Source: an uncultured Holophaga sp. (GTDB lineage: Bacteria; Acidobacteriota; Holophagae; Holophagales; Holophagaceae). From it: a DNA stretch of 64,000 nt. This document shows positions 17,859 to 26,483 of this stretch, piece after piece. Position numbers and translations under genes: made by a program. The stretch spans positions 2,560,001 through 2,624,000 of the forward strand of contig OY761614.1 in assembly GCA_963664825.1 (NCBI GenBank). Direction: 5' to 3'. Each line of letters opens with the position of its first letter. Position 1 is the first letter of the stretch. The notes under the pieces are model-generated. The model did no database searches. It was not told the DNA's origin and worked only from the letters and a program-made list of their open reading frames with translations.

Positions 17859-19441
17859 CAGCGGGCCTCCTCGGAGCTAGGGGTGCTATTCCCGGAAACC
17901 GTCCCAAAAGGCGGCGTGCGCGGCGCAGGGGCCTGGGCTTCCGTGAGGAGGGTCTTCACCGATTCCTCGGAATGGGCCGTGAAGGTCTGGGGATGCAATC
18001 CCATCCAGAAGATGAGGATCACGATGGGCACCATCACGGCGATCTCGCGCGTGCTGAGATCGGTGTGGAGATGACTGGTGCCGCTGCCCTCCTGGGTGTT
18101 CTCGGGGCCCCAGAAGACGCGCTTCACCATCCAAAGGAGATAAACCGCACTGAGCAGCACGCCCAGTGTGGCGATGATGGCTAGCGTGCGGCCCCAGGTG
18201 AAACCGCTCGAGTAGGTGCCATTGAGGATGAAGAACTCGCCGATGAAGCCATTGGTGAGGGGGAGGCCGATGCTGGAGAGGGTGACGACCATGAAGAAGA
18301 AGGTGAAGATGGGCATCCGCTTGGCCACGCCGCCGAAGTCGGTGATCTGGCGGGTGTGGGCTCGGTCATAGAGCATGCCCACCAACAGGAAGAGAGCGCC
18401 GGTGCTTAACCCGTGGCTGAGCATCTGGAAGATGGCGCCCTGGGTGCCGAGCACGGTCATGCTTGCGATGCCCAGGATGACGAATCCCATGTGGCTCACG
18501 GAGCTGTAGGCCACTAGGCGCTTGATATCGGGCTGCACCATGGACACCAGGGCGCCGTAGACGATGGCTAGAACGGCGAGGATGGCCAAGGGAAAGGCGT
18601 AGTGGAGGGAGGCCTGGGGGAAGATGGGCAGGGCGAAGCGCAGCAGCCCGTACCCGCCCAGCTTCAGCAGCACGGAGGCCAGGATCACCGAACCGGCCGT
18701 GGGGGCCTCGGTGTGGGCGTCCGGGAGCCATGTATGCAGGGGGAAGAGCGGCACCTTGATGGCGAAGGCCAGGAGGAAGGCGAGAAAGAGTGTGCACTGG
18801 ACCTTGAAGGGTAGGCTCAGGGCGGCTTGGGCCAGCAGGGCCGGGGCGAAACTACCGGCCTTGGTGGCGAGGTAGAGCAGGGCCACCAGCCACAGCAGGG
18901 ACCCCGCCAGGGTGTAGAGCAGGAACTTGTTGGCGGCGTATTTCCGGTTCTCGCCGCCCCAGATCCCGATGAGGAAGTACATCGGCGGCAGCATGGCCTC
19001 CCAGAAGACATAGAAGAGCAGCATGTCCTGGGCCATCAGGGCCCCCAGGACGGCGCCCTCCAGGAGGAGGAAGAGGGCCATCACCGCTCCGGCGCGCTTC
19101 TGAATGCTGTGCCAGGTGCCCAGCAACGTGAGGGGGGCGATGAAGGTCGTGAGCAGCACCAGCCAGAAATTGAGCCCATCCAGGGCTAGGTGGTAATCCA
19201 CGGGAAGGCCCAGTACGGAAAACCAGGGGCAGTGTTCAGTCATCAGGAGGCTCCCGGCCTCGGTGCCCAGGCGCAGCATCTGAACCAGGGCCACGCAGAA
19301 TAATCCCAGGGAACCCAGCAGGGCCAGCAGCTTCACCAGGGGGGCCTGGCGCTCGGGAAAGCAGAGCAGGAGCGCGCCCCAGAGGACCGGCGCAAAGACC
19401 AGGAAGCTCAGGAGGTGGGTGTTGATCCAGTTCGGTAGCAC
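17858..19441 (-). CDS. nuoM: NADH-quinone oxidoreductase subunit M
   Basis: FYVFWE, AIKVPLFPLHTWLPDAHTEAPTAGS, KRLVAYSSVSHMGF. Confidence 0.95.
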   Translation of the reverse strand: MLPNWINTHLLSFLVFAPVLWGALLLCFPERQAPLVKLLALLGSLGLFCVALVQMLRLGTEAGSLLMTEHCPWFSVLGLPVDYHLALDGLNFWLVLLTTFIAPLTLLGTWHSIQKRAGAVMALFLLLEGAVLGALMAQDMLLFYVFWEAMLPPMYFLIGIWGGENRKYAANKFLLYTLAGSLLWLVALLYLATKAGSFAPALLAQAALSLPFKVQCTLFLAFLLAFAIKVPLFPLHTWLPDAHTEAPTAGSVILASVLLKLGGYGLLRFALPIFPQASLHYAFPLAILAVLAIVYGALVSMVQPDIKRLVAYSSVSHMGFVILGIASMTVLGTQGAIFQMLSHGLSTGALFLLVGMLYDRAHTRQITDFGGVAKRMPIFTFFFMVVTLSSIGLPLTNGFIGEFFILNGTYSSGFTWGRTLAIIATLGVLLSAVYLLWMVKRVFWGPENTQEGSGTSHLHTDLSTREIAVMVPIVILIFWMGLHPQTFTAHSEESVKTLLTEAQAPAPRTPPFGTVSGNSTPSSEEAR

Positions 19442-19450
19442 GTAACGCTC

Positions 19451-21364
19451 CTACTTCAGGAAAATCCAGAGGAGCGCGAGCGTTCCCAGGGTCATGACCA
19501 GGGTGTAGTTGCGAACCCTGCCGGTCTGGAAGAGGGCCACGCCATCCCCTGCCAGGCCCGTCAGGGCGCTGGGCAGGTTCACGCCGATGCCATCGATGAG
19601 GATCACGTCAAAGCCCCTCCAGAGCAGGTTGCCCAATCCCCGGAGGGGGCGCAGGAGGATGCATTCGATGGCTTCATCGACATAGTAGTTGTGCGCGACC
19701 CAGCGGTGCAGCCTGGGCCACTTCAGGGCCCGGACCTCCGCCAGGGCCAGACCATCCCTGTAGCTGAAGAAGCCCCAGAGCCCCGCGGCGATGGATAGCC
19801 CCGTGGAGATCAGCGCCAGGAGGATGGCGGGGCCTTCCTGAATGACATGGGCCCCAGGGGCCTGCCCGTAGGTGAGGCTGGGGGCCAGGAAACGCCCGAT
19901 GGCGAAGTGGCCGCCGAAGGCTTCGGGCACGCCCCACCACCCGGCGCAGAGGCTCCCCAGGGCCAGCACCGTCAGGGGAAGGGCCATGGTCCAGGGGCTT
20001 TCGTGGACGGGGCCGTGCCCGGCGGGCTCGCTTTGCTCACCCCTCGGCTCACCCCAGAAGGTGAGCGCCATGAGCCGCCACATGTAGAAGCTGGTGAGGC
20101 AGGCGCCGAGGAGACCCATGGCCCAGAGGACGGGGCTCTTGAGGTAGGCGAGGTAGAGGATCTCGTCCTTGCTGAAGAAGCCCGAGAAGCCCGGGAAGCC
20201 CATGATGGCCAGCGTCGCGATGAGCATGGTCCAGAAGGTGATGGGCAGCTTGGTCCTCAGGCCCCCCATTTTGAAGAGATCTTGTTCATGAATGGCGTGG
20301 ATCACGCTGCCGGCGCCCAGGAAGAGCAGGGCCTTGAACCAGGCGTGGGTGAAGACGTGGAAGAAGCCCGCGGCAAATCCGGCGGCGCCGAGACCCAGGA
20401 ACATGTAGCCCAGCTGGGAGATGGTGGAATAGGCCAGGACCTTCTTGATATCCCGCTGGCAGAGGCCGAGGGTGGCTGCGAAGAGGGCCGTGGCGCCGCC
20501 CACCCAGGCGATGGTGGTGAGCGTGATGGGCGCCAGATGATAGAGGGGCGCCAGCCTACACACCAGGAAGATGCCGGCCGTGACCATGGTGGCGGCGTGG
20601 ATGAGGGCGCTCACCGGCGTGGGGCCCGCCATGGCGTCCGGCAGCCAAACATAGAGGGGCAGCTGGGCGCTCTTGCCCGTGGCCCCGAGGAACATCATCA
20701 GGGTGGCGAAGGTGATCACGCCGAAGCCCGCCTCGGGGCTCAGGTGGCCGGACTTCACCAGGATCTCCCCCACGGTGAGCGTGCCGAAATGGGCGAAGAG
20801 GGCCATCATGCCGATGATCATGCCCAGGTCGCCCACGCGATTGGCGAGGAAGGCCTTGAGGCCCGCCCGGGGCGCTTCTTCGGTTTCGAAGTAGAAGCCG
20901 ATGAGTAGGTAGCTGCAGAGCCCCACCCCCTCCCAGCCCACGAAGAGCAGGGGCAGGCTGGAACCCAATACCAGCGTGAGCATGAAGAAGACAAAGAGAT
21001 TGAGGTAGGCGAAGTACCGCGCGAAGCCTTCCTCCTCCCACATGTAGCCCACGGAGTAGAGATGGATGAGTGCGCTGATGCCTGTGACCAGCAGGGCCAT
21101 GAGGCCCGATAGGGGATCGAAGACCAGCCCCATGGGCACGTGCAGGGTGCCCGTGGACATCCACTGGAAGAGCGTGAATTCGATGCGTGTTCCGGGCGCG
21201 GCCCTCATGGCCGAAAAAGCCACGAGTGCTAAGGCAAAGGAGGCGAGCACCGTGCCCACCCCCAGGATGGAGACGCCCCACTTGCCGAGGCGCCGACCCA
21301 GGAGGCCGATGAGGGCGGCACCGAAGAGCGGAAGGAGCGGGATGAGCCAGAAGTGCGTATGCAT
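19451..21364 (-). CDS. nuoL: NADH-quinone oxidoreductase subunit L
   Basis: GWEGVGLCSYLLIGF, GKSAQLPLYVWLPDAMAGPTPVSALIHAATMV. Confidence 0.95.
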   Translation of the reverse strand: MHTHFWLIPLLPLFGAALIGLLGRRLGKWGVSILGVGTVLASFALALVAFSAMRAAPGTRIEFTLFQWMSTGTLHVPMGLVFDPLSGLMALLVTGISALIHLYSVGYMWEEEGFARYFAYLNLFVFFMLTLVLGSSLPLLFVGWEGVGLCSYLLIGFYFETEEAPRAGLKAFLANRVGDLGMIIGMMALFAHFGTLTVGEILVKSGHLSPEAGFGVITFATLMMFLGATGKSAQLPLYVWLPDAMAGPTPVSALIHAATMVTAGIFLVCRLAPLYHLAPITLTTIAWVGGATALFAATLGLCQRDIKKVLAYSTISQLGYMFLGLGAAGFAAGFFHVFTHAWFKALLFLGAGSVIHAIHEQDLFKMGGLRTKLPITFWTMLIATLAIMGFPGFSGFFSKDEILYLAYLKSPVLWAMGLLGACLTSFYMWRLMALTFWGEPRGEQSEPAGHGPVHESPWTMALPLTVLALGSLCAGWWGVPEAFGGHFAIGRFLAPSLTYGQAPGAHVIQEGPAILLALISTGLSIAAGLWGFFSYRDGLALAEVRALKWPRLHRWVAHNYYVDEAIECILLRPLRGLGNLLWRGFDVILIDGIGVNLPSALTGLAGDGVALFQTGRVRNYTLVMTLGTLALLWIFLK

Positions 21365-21371
21365 CAGGTCC

Positions 21372-21698
21372 TCACTGCTTCAACGTATCGGCGCGATCGG
21401 AATCCGTGGTCTGCTTGTGCCGGAAGAGAGCCACCACGAGGGCCAGCCCCACGGCGGCCTCGCAGGCCGCCACCGCGAGGATGAAGAGGTAGAAGGTCGT
21501 GCCCTGCACATCGCCTCCCCGGTAGCGCGCGAAGGCCAGGAGCGCCAGGTTGGCCGCATTCAGCATCAGTTCGATGCCCATGAACTGCATGAGCAGGCTG
21601 CGCCGGATCAGCACCGTGGCCAGGCCGATGATGAAGAGCAGGAACGCCAGGAAGATGTAGGCCTGGAGGCTGCCGTGGAGAAGGGCTTGGGTCGGCAT
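21372..21698 (-). CDS. nuoK: NADH-quinone oxidoreductase subunit K
   Basis: GIELMLNAANL, AVAACEAAVGLAL. Confidence 0.93.
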   Translation of the reverse strand: MPTQALLHGSLQAYIFLAFLLFIIGLATVLIRRSLLMQFMGIELMLNAANLALLAFARYRGGDVQGTTFYLFILAVAACEAAVGLALVVALFRHKQTTDSDRADTLKQ

Positions 21699-21700
21699 GA

Positions 21701-22186
21701 TCAGATCTCCCGCTTCACGAGGCTGACGGCGGCGATCATGGCGGCCAGGAGCAGCAGGCCCGTGATCTCGAAGGCCAGGAGGTGTTCCTTGAACAGGAAG
21801 GCGCCCAGGCGCTGGAGGGTCATGGGATCGACCTTCGCATCGGGCATGGAGGCGAGTATTGGCGAATGCTTCACCAGGCCGAAGGCCCCCGCACCCAGCA
21901 CGGCCAAGGTCAGGGCCGAGCCCCAGCGCTGGATGTGTCGGGGCCTTGAAGCGGGCTCTTCCTCGTGGCTATTGAGCAGCATGATGACGAAGAGCACCAG
22001 CACCAGGATGGCTCCGGAATAGACGATGATCTGCAGCGCGGCGGCCACGGGATTGGCCAGGAGGAGGAAGAGTCCGGCCATGCCGATGAAGCAGAGCACG
22101 AGGCTGAGCCCGGCCATGATCAGGTTCCTCAGGCGGAACATGAGCAGGGCGCCCAGCAGGGAGATGAGGGCGAAGGCTAGGAACAT
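21701..22186 (-). CDS. nuoJ: NADH-quinone oxidoreductase subunit J
   Basis: QIIVYSGAILVLVLFVIMLL, FEITGLLLLAAMI; ATG 22186 with GGAGG RBS. Confidence 0.9.
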   Translation of the reverse strand: MFLAFALISLLGALLMFRLRNLIMAGLSLVLCFIGMAGLFLLLANPVAAALQIIVYSGAILVLVLFVIMLLNSHEEEPASRPRHIQRWGSALTLAVLGAGAFGLVKHSPILASMPDAKVDPMTLQRLGAFLFKEHLLAFEITGLLLLAAMIAAVSLVKREI

Positions 22187-22740
22187 GGGCCCTCCTGGGA
22201 CGCGCATTCCGTGGGATCAGAGGTGATATGCGCCTTGTCATCCGCATCGGCGTAGGTGTTCATCAGGTCCCACTTTCCAAATTGCATGGAGAGCCGGTCG
22301 TAGGCGGCCAGTTCAAAGTCCTTGCGGAGCCAGATGGCGTCCTTGGGGCAGGCCTCCTCGCAGTAGCCGCAGTAGATGCAGCGCAGCATATCGATCTTGA
22401 AGACCCGGGGCCGCTTCTCCTGGAAGCCCTGGGTGAGGTCGAGTTCGGAAAATCCCTCGGCTTCGATGGTGATGCAGCGGGCGGGGCAGGCCTCGGCGCA
22501 GAGGAAACAGGCCACGCACTTGATGGCGCCATCCTCGAAGCGCTTGAGCTCGTGGAGCCCCCGGTAGCCCTCGGGCATTTCCTTTTTCATGTCCGGATAC
22601 TGGATGGTGAAGCGGTCCTTGGTGCGCGTTGTGATCTGGCGCAGGAAGTGGCGCATGGTGATGACCATCCCCTTGAGGATGGGCCAGACATAGGTGCGGT
22701 CCAGCCAGGAGAGCTCGACCTGCTTGATGACAGTGGCCAT
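22177..22740 (-). CDS. nuoI: NADH-quinone oxidoreductase subunit I
   Basis: TIQYP, CVACFLCAEACP and CIYCGYCEEACP. Confidence 0.93.
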   Translation of the reverse strand: MATVIKQVELSWLDRTYVWPILKGMVITMRHFLRQITTRTKDRFTIQYPDMKKEMPEGYRGLHELKRFEDGAIKCVACFLCAEACPARCITIEAEGFSELDLTQGFQEKRPRVFKIDMLRCIYCGYCEEACPKDAIWLRKDFELAAYDRLSMQFGKWDLMNTYADADDKAHITSDPTECASQEGPCS

Positions 22741-22743
22741 GGA

Positions 22744-23796
22744 TCAACCCCGGCGATACATCAGGTAAGCGTGAAGGAGGAAGTTCGCCATGGAGAGGGG
22801 CAGCATCACCTTCCAACCCAGCTTCATCAGCTGGTCGTACCGGAAGCGGGGCAGGGTCCAGCGCACCCAGATGAAGACCCAGCAGAAGAAGAGGGTCTTA
22901 CAGAGGAAGGCGATGACCGAAAGGATCGGGCCAGGATCAGGCACGAAGGGGATCCGCCAACCGCCGAAGTAGAGGGTGACGATGAGCGCAGATGCGGTCA
23001 CGAGATGGATGTAGTCGCCCAGGTACATCAGGGCGAATTTCATGGAACCGAATTCCGTGAGATAGCCCGCCACGATCTCGGCTTCGCCCTCGGCGAAATC
23101 GAAGGGCAGGCGGTGGGTCTCCGCGAACATGCAGGCGCAGAAGACGATGCAGCCCAGGGCCTGGGGCAGCACGTTCCACATGCCATGCTGGGCCTGGATG
23201 ATTTCGTGGGGATCGTAGCCCCCGGTGGTCATGAACACCGCGATCACCGCCAGGCTCATGCCCAGTTCGTAGCTCACCATCTGGGCGCTGGCGCGCATGC
23301 CGCCCAGGATGGCCCACTTGTTGTTGCTGCTCCAGCCTGCGACCAGCACGCCGTAGACGGAGGTGGCGCCGATGGCCATGGGGTAGAGCATGCCCATGCC
23401 GTTGCCGGGGTCCAGCAGGCTCAAGTGGTAGGTGTGGCCTCCGGACTGGAAGCTCTGGCCGAAGGGGATGATGGCGAAACCGAGGGCCGCCGGAAGGAAG
23501 GCCAGGATGGGCGCCAGCCAGAAGAGCACCCGGTTGCAGTGGGGCGGGACCTGGTCCTCCTTGAGGAAGGCCTTGAGGCCGTCGGCGACGATCTGGGGGA
23601 GGCCGATCAGCCGCCACTTTCCAAAAAGGGCGGCGCGATTGGGGCCGATGCGGTCCTGGATCATGGCGCTCCCCCGGCGCTCTGCCCAGGTGAGCAGGGC
23701 GGCCAGTGTCAGGGGACCGGCGAAGACAAGGAGCACCTTCACCAGCATCCAGAGCGTTTCAGGCGTCACGTGCAGCATGGCAGAAAGCGTGTCCAT
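22744..23796 (-). CDS. nuoH: NADH-quinone oxidoreductase subunit H
   Basis: ERRGSAMIQDRIGPNR, ADGLKAFLKE, AQMVSYE, RLPFDFAEGEAE, PRFRYDQLM; start uncertain (23796 or 23778). Confidence 0.93.
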   Translation of the reverse strand: MDTLSAMLHVTPETLWMLVKVLLVFAGPLTLAALLTWAERRGSAMIQDRIGPNRAALFGKWRLIGLPQIVADGLKAFLKEDQVPPHCNRVLFWLAPILAFLPAALGFAIIPFGQSFQSGGHTYHLSLLDPGNGMGMLYPMAIGATSVYGVLVAGWSSNNKWAILGGMRASAQMVSYELGMSLAVIAVFMTTGGYDPHEIIQAQHGMWNVLPQALGCIVFCACMFAETHRLPFDFAEGEAEIVAGYLTEFGSMKFALMYLGDYIHLVTASALIVTLYFGGWRIPFVPDPGPILSVIAFLCKTLFFCWVFIWVRWTLPRFRYDQLMKLGWKVMLPLSMANFLLHAYLMYRRG

Positions 23797-23954
23797 CTTT
23801 AGAATCCGGGCGGGCCCCAAGGTGGAACCCGACTTGAGAAAGGTAGCAGGCGCCGTCAACGGGGCCAAGGACGGGGAATGAAGCCCGATATTGAACCTCG
23901 CGCTTCCCGGGCCCATCCAATACTCTGGAAGCTGGCTTCGGGGGGAGGTTGCGC

Positions 23955-24914
23955 ATGATGGCAGTGGGACAAAGGTTGATGCTCCTGGTGCTCCTCCTCA
24001 CCCTAGGAAGGGCCGAGGTCTATGGCGGCACGACTCCGCTATCACCTGCCAAGCTGCACCTCCAGTCCTCCGTGGCCCTGGTCCAGGATCAGGCCACAGG
24101 CGAATGCTTGGTCTCCAAGCAGCCCGAGGCCGTCATGCCCATCGCCTCGATCACCAAGCTCATGACAGCCATGGTCATCCTGGACGCTCGCCTGGATCTC
24201 CACGAGGTCCTCACCATCGAACAGGGGGATGTGGACCAGCTCCGCCACAGCCGCTCGCGCCTACCCGTCCATACCCAGCTCATGCGCGGAGAGGCGCTGA
24301 TGCTGGCCCTCATGGCCTCCGAGAACCGGGCCGCTCATGCTTTGGGCCGCACCTTCCCTGGCGGGCTGGTGCCCTTCGTCCAGGCCATGAATGCCAAGGC
24401 CAAGGCCCTGGGGCTTCGGGAGAGCCGCTTCGAGGATCCGGCGGGGCTCTCCGGTGGCAACGTGGCCTCCGCCAGGGACCTGGCCCGTCTGGTGGATGCC
24501 GCCCATCACTATCCCCAGATCCGCGATTTCACCACCCGGGACGAGGCCAGCATCCCCAATGGCCGCCGCCCGCTCCAGTTCATCAACACCAATGCCCTGG
24601 TGCGGGGCCATCGCTGGGAGATCGGACTCTCCAAGACCGGCTACATCGAAGAGGCCGGTCGCTGCCTAGTCATGCAGGCCAAGGTCGCCGAGCGGCCCAT
24701 GCTCATCGTGCTGCTGGATTCCAATGGCAAGTACACCCGCCTGGGGGACGCCCAGCGCATCAAGCAGTGGATGGAAGGCTCCGAGCCCATTGCCAGACCC
24801 AGGCTGAAGGCCAGGGCTCAGGTCAGGGTGAGGGCCAGGGCCAGGGTCGGACTGAAGCCCAGGGCTGGACTGAAGGCCCGGGTGAAGGCCAAACATCCGA
24901 GACGGCGGCGCTGA
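23955..24914 (+). CDS. pbpG: D-alanyl-D-alanine endopeptidase (PBP7, peptidase S11)
   Basis: SITK, SEN and KTG motifs; signal peptide; ends in a basic repetitive tail. Confidence 0.85.
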   Translation: MMAVGQRLMLLVLLLTLGRAEVYGGTTPLSPAKLHLQSSVALVQDQATGECLVSKQPEAVMPIASITKLMTAMVILDARLDLHEVLTIEQGDVDQLRHSRSRLPVHTQLMRGEALMLALMASENRAAHALGRTFPGGLVPFVQAMNAKAKALGLRESRFEDPAGLSGGNVASARDLARLVDAAHHYPQIRDFTTRDEASIPNGRRPLQFINTNALVRGHRWEIGLSKTGYIEEAGRCLVMQAKVAERPMLIVLLDSNGKYTRLGDAQRIKQWMEGSEPIARPRLKARAQVRVRARARVGLKPRAGLKARVKAKHPRRRR

Positions 24915-25952
24915 TCAGGCCCTGACGGCCCAGCGCAGCTTGGCGCTGGAGGAACGGGGATTGGAACGGCGTTCTTCCATGCTGGGGCGCTGGGGTTCCT
25001 CGGCGATGCGGGCGTAGAGCCCTTCTCGCATTCCGGCCTGGAAGGCCTTCTTCACCCGGCGGTCCTCGCCGGAATGGAAGGTGAGGATGGCCACGCGGGC
25101 GCCGGGCTTCAGACATCGGGGCAAGAGGGACAGGAACTGATCCAGCACGCCGAATTCGTCGTTGACCGCGATGCGCAGGGCCTGGAACACGCGCTGCAGG
25201 GTCTTGCGGAGTTCCTGTTCCCGGGTGGCTTCCGGGAAGACGCCCTTCAGGGCTTGGCGCACCTGGTGGGCGAGTTGCCGCGTGGTGGCGGCAGGCGCTG
25301 CTTTCAGGGCCCGGGCGAGGGCCTCGGCATAGGGTTCGTCCGAATGGGTGAAGAGCAGTTCGGCCAGTTCCGGCTCCGGGAGCTTGGCGAGCAGGGCCGA
25401 GGCGGGCTGGCCGCGCTGGGGGTTGAGGCGCAGATCGAGGGGGCCTTCGGCCTTGAAGGTGAAACCCCGAGCCGGGTTATCGATCTGCATGGAGGAGACG
25501 CCCAGATCCGCCAGCACGAAATCCAGCTCACCCCCCACCTCTGGCAGGAGGCCCGGCAGGCCCGCAAAATTCATGCGGCGGATGATCAGTTCCTCCGGGC
25601 CGAAGCCCAGGGCCCGCAGGCGAGCCTCGGTGCGAGGTAGTTCCAGGGGATCTACATCGATGCCGAAGAGGCGGCCCCCGGGCCTGAGGCGGGGGAGGAT
25701 CTCCTGGGCATGGCCGCCGAAGCCCAGGGTGGCGTCCAGGCCCACCTCGCCGGGTTGGGGAGCGACGATCTCCAGGATCTCCCGCACGCAGATGGGTCGG
25801 TGCGTCCCCGCGGGCGTGTGGCCCCGTTCGCAGACCTTCACCCGCTCCTGGGCCTGGAATTGGGGATCCAGCTCCTTGTATTTCTCTTGAAAGCCCCTCG
25901 GATGGGTCCCCTTGTAGCGGATTCGGCGCTTATGCTCGGTTTCATCGTTCAT
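24915..25952 (-). CDS. rsmH: 16S rRNA m4C1402 methyltransferase family paralog
   Basis: DATLGFGGH, DLGVSSMQID, FQALRIAVNDE, TFHSGEDRRVK, NPRSSSAKLR. Confidence 0.88.
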   Translation of the reverse strand: MNDETEHKRRIRYKGTHPRGFQEKYKELDPQFQAQERVKVCERGHTPAGTHRPICVREILEIVAPQPGEVGLDATLGFGGHAQEILPRLRPGGRLFGIDVDPLELPRTEARLRALGFGPEELIIRRMNFAGLPGLLPEVGGELDFVLADLGVSSMQIDNPARGFTFKAEGPLDLRLNPQRGQPASALLAKLPEPELAELLFTHSDEPYAEALARALKAAPAATTRQLAHQVRQALKGVFPEATREQELRKTLQRVFQALRIAVNDEFGVLDQFLSLLPRCLKPGARVAILTFHSGEDRRVKKAFQAGMREGLYARIAEEPQRPSMEERRSNPRSSSAKLRWAVRA

Positions 25953-26151
25953 GAGGCGGATTCCAGGGCCTTGGGCTATTCCTCGGCGGGGCAGGTCCAG
26001 GAATATCACGGACGGTTGCCCCGGCGCGAATGGGGGCCTCTTGGGTGGCCAGGCCTTATCCGGGATCGCGTGGCAGGGGGCCTGAATTTGAATTGAAATC
26101 GCCCTGTCTTCCGTCCATCCTCTGAATCCCAGCACTGCCAGCGGAGGTCTT

Positions 26152-26370
26152 ATGACACCTCAGATGATCATCCTGCTCTTCTGGGTCGTCCTGATCATCG
26201 TGATTTGGCGCGTGTTCCGTTCGAGATTTTTCCGTAGCGCCTGCGATGACCTCAACGCCATGCATGACGCACCCGAGAACAAGGGCAGAGCCCACAAATT
26301 CGAAGCCTACATGGCGAATCCGAACTATCAACTCACCGAGGATCGGAAAAGAAAAGGCCTCAGGGAATAA
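26152..26370 (+). CDS. Small single-pass membrane protein, unknown function
   Basis: 72 aa, GGAGG RBS, hydrophobic N-terminal helix followed by basic residues; fills an otherwise empty gap. Confidence 0.55.
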   Translation: MTPQMIILLFWVVLIIVIWRVFRSRFFRSACDDLNAMHDAPENKGRAHKFEAYMANPNYQLTEDRKRKGLRE

Positions 26371-26483
26371 GCGGAATCCTCAGAACCCGTGAGGGGCTCG
26401 CCTGCTGGAGGCTGCAAAGGGCCTGTCCCATGCCATGCCCGTGAACGCTTGATCTGCCCGGAGATGTCCGCCATTCTTGGGGC

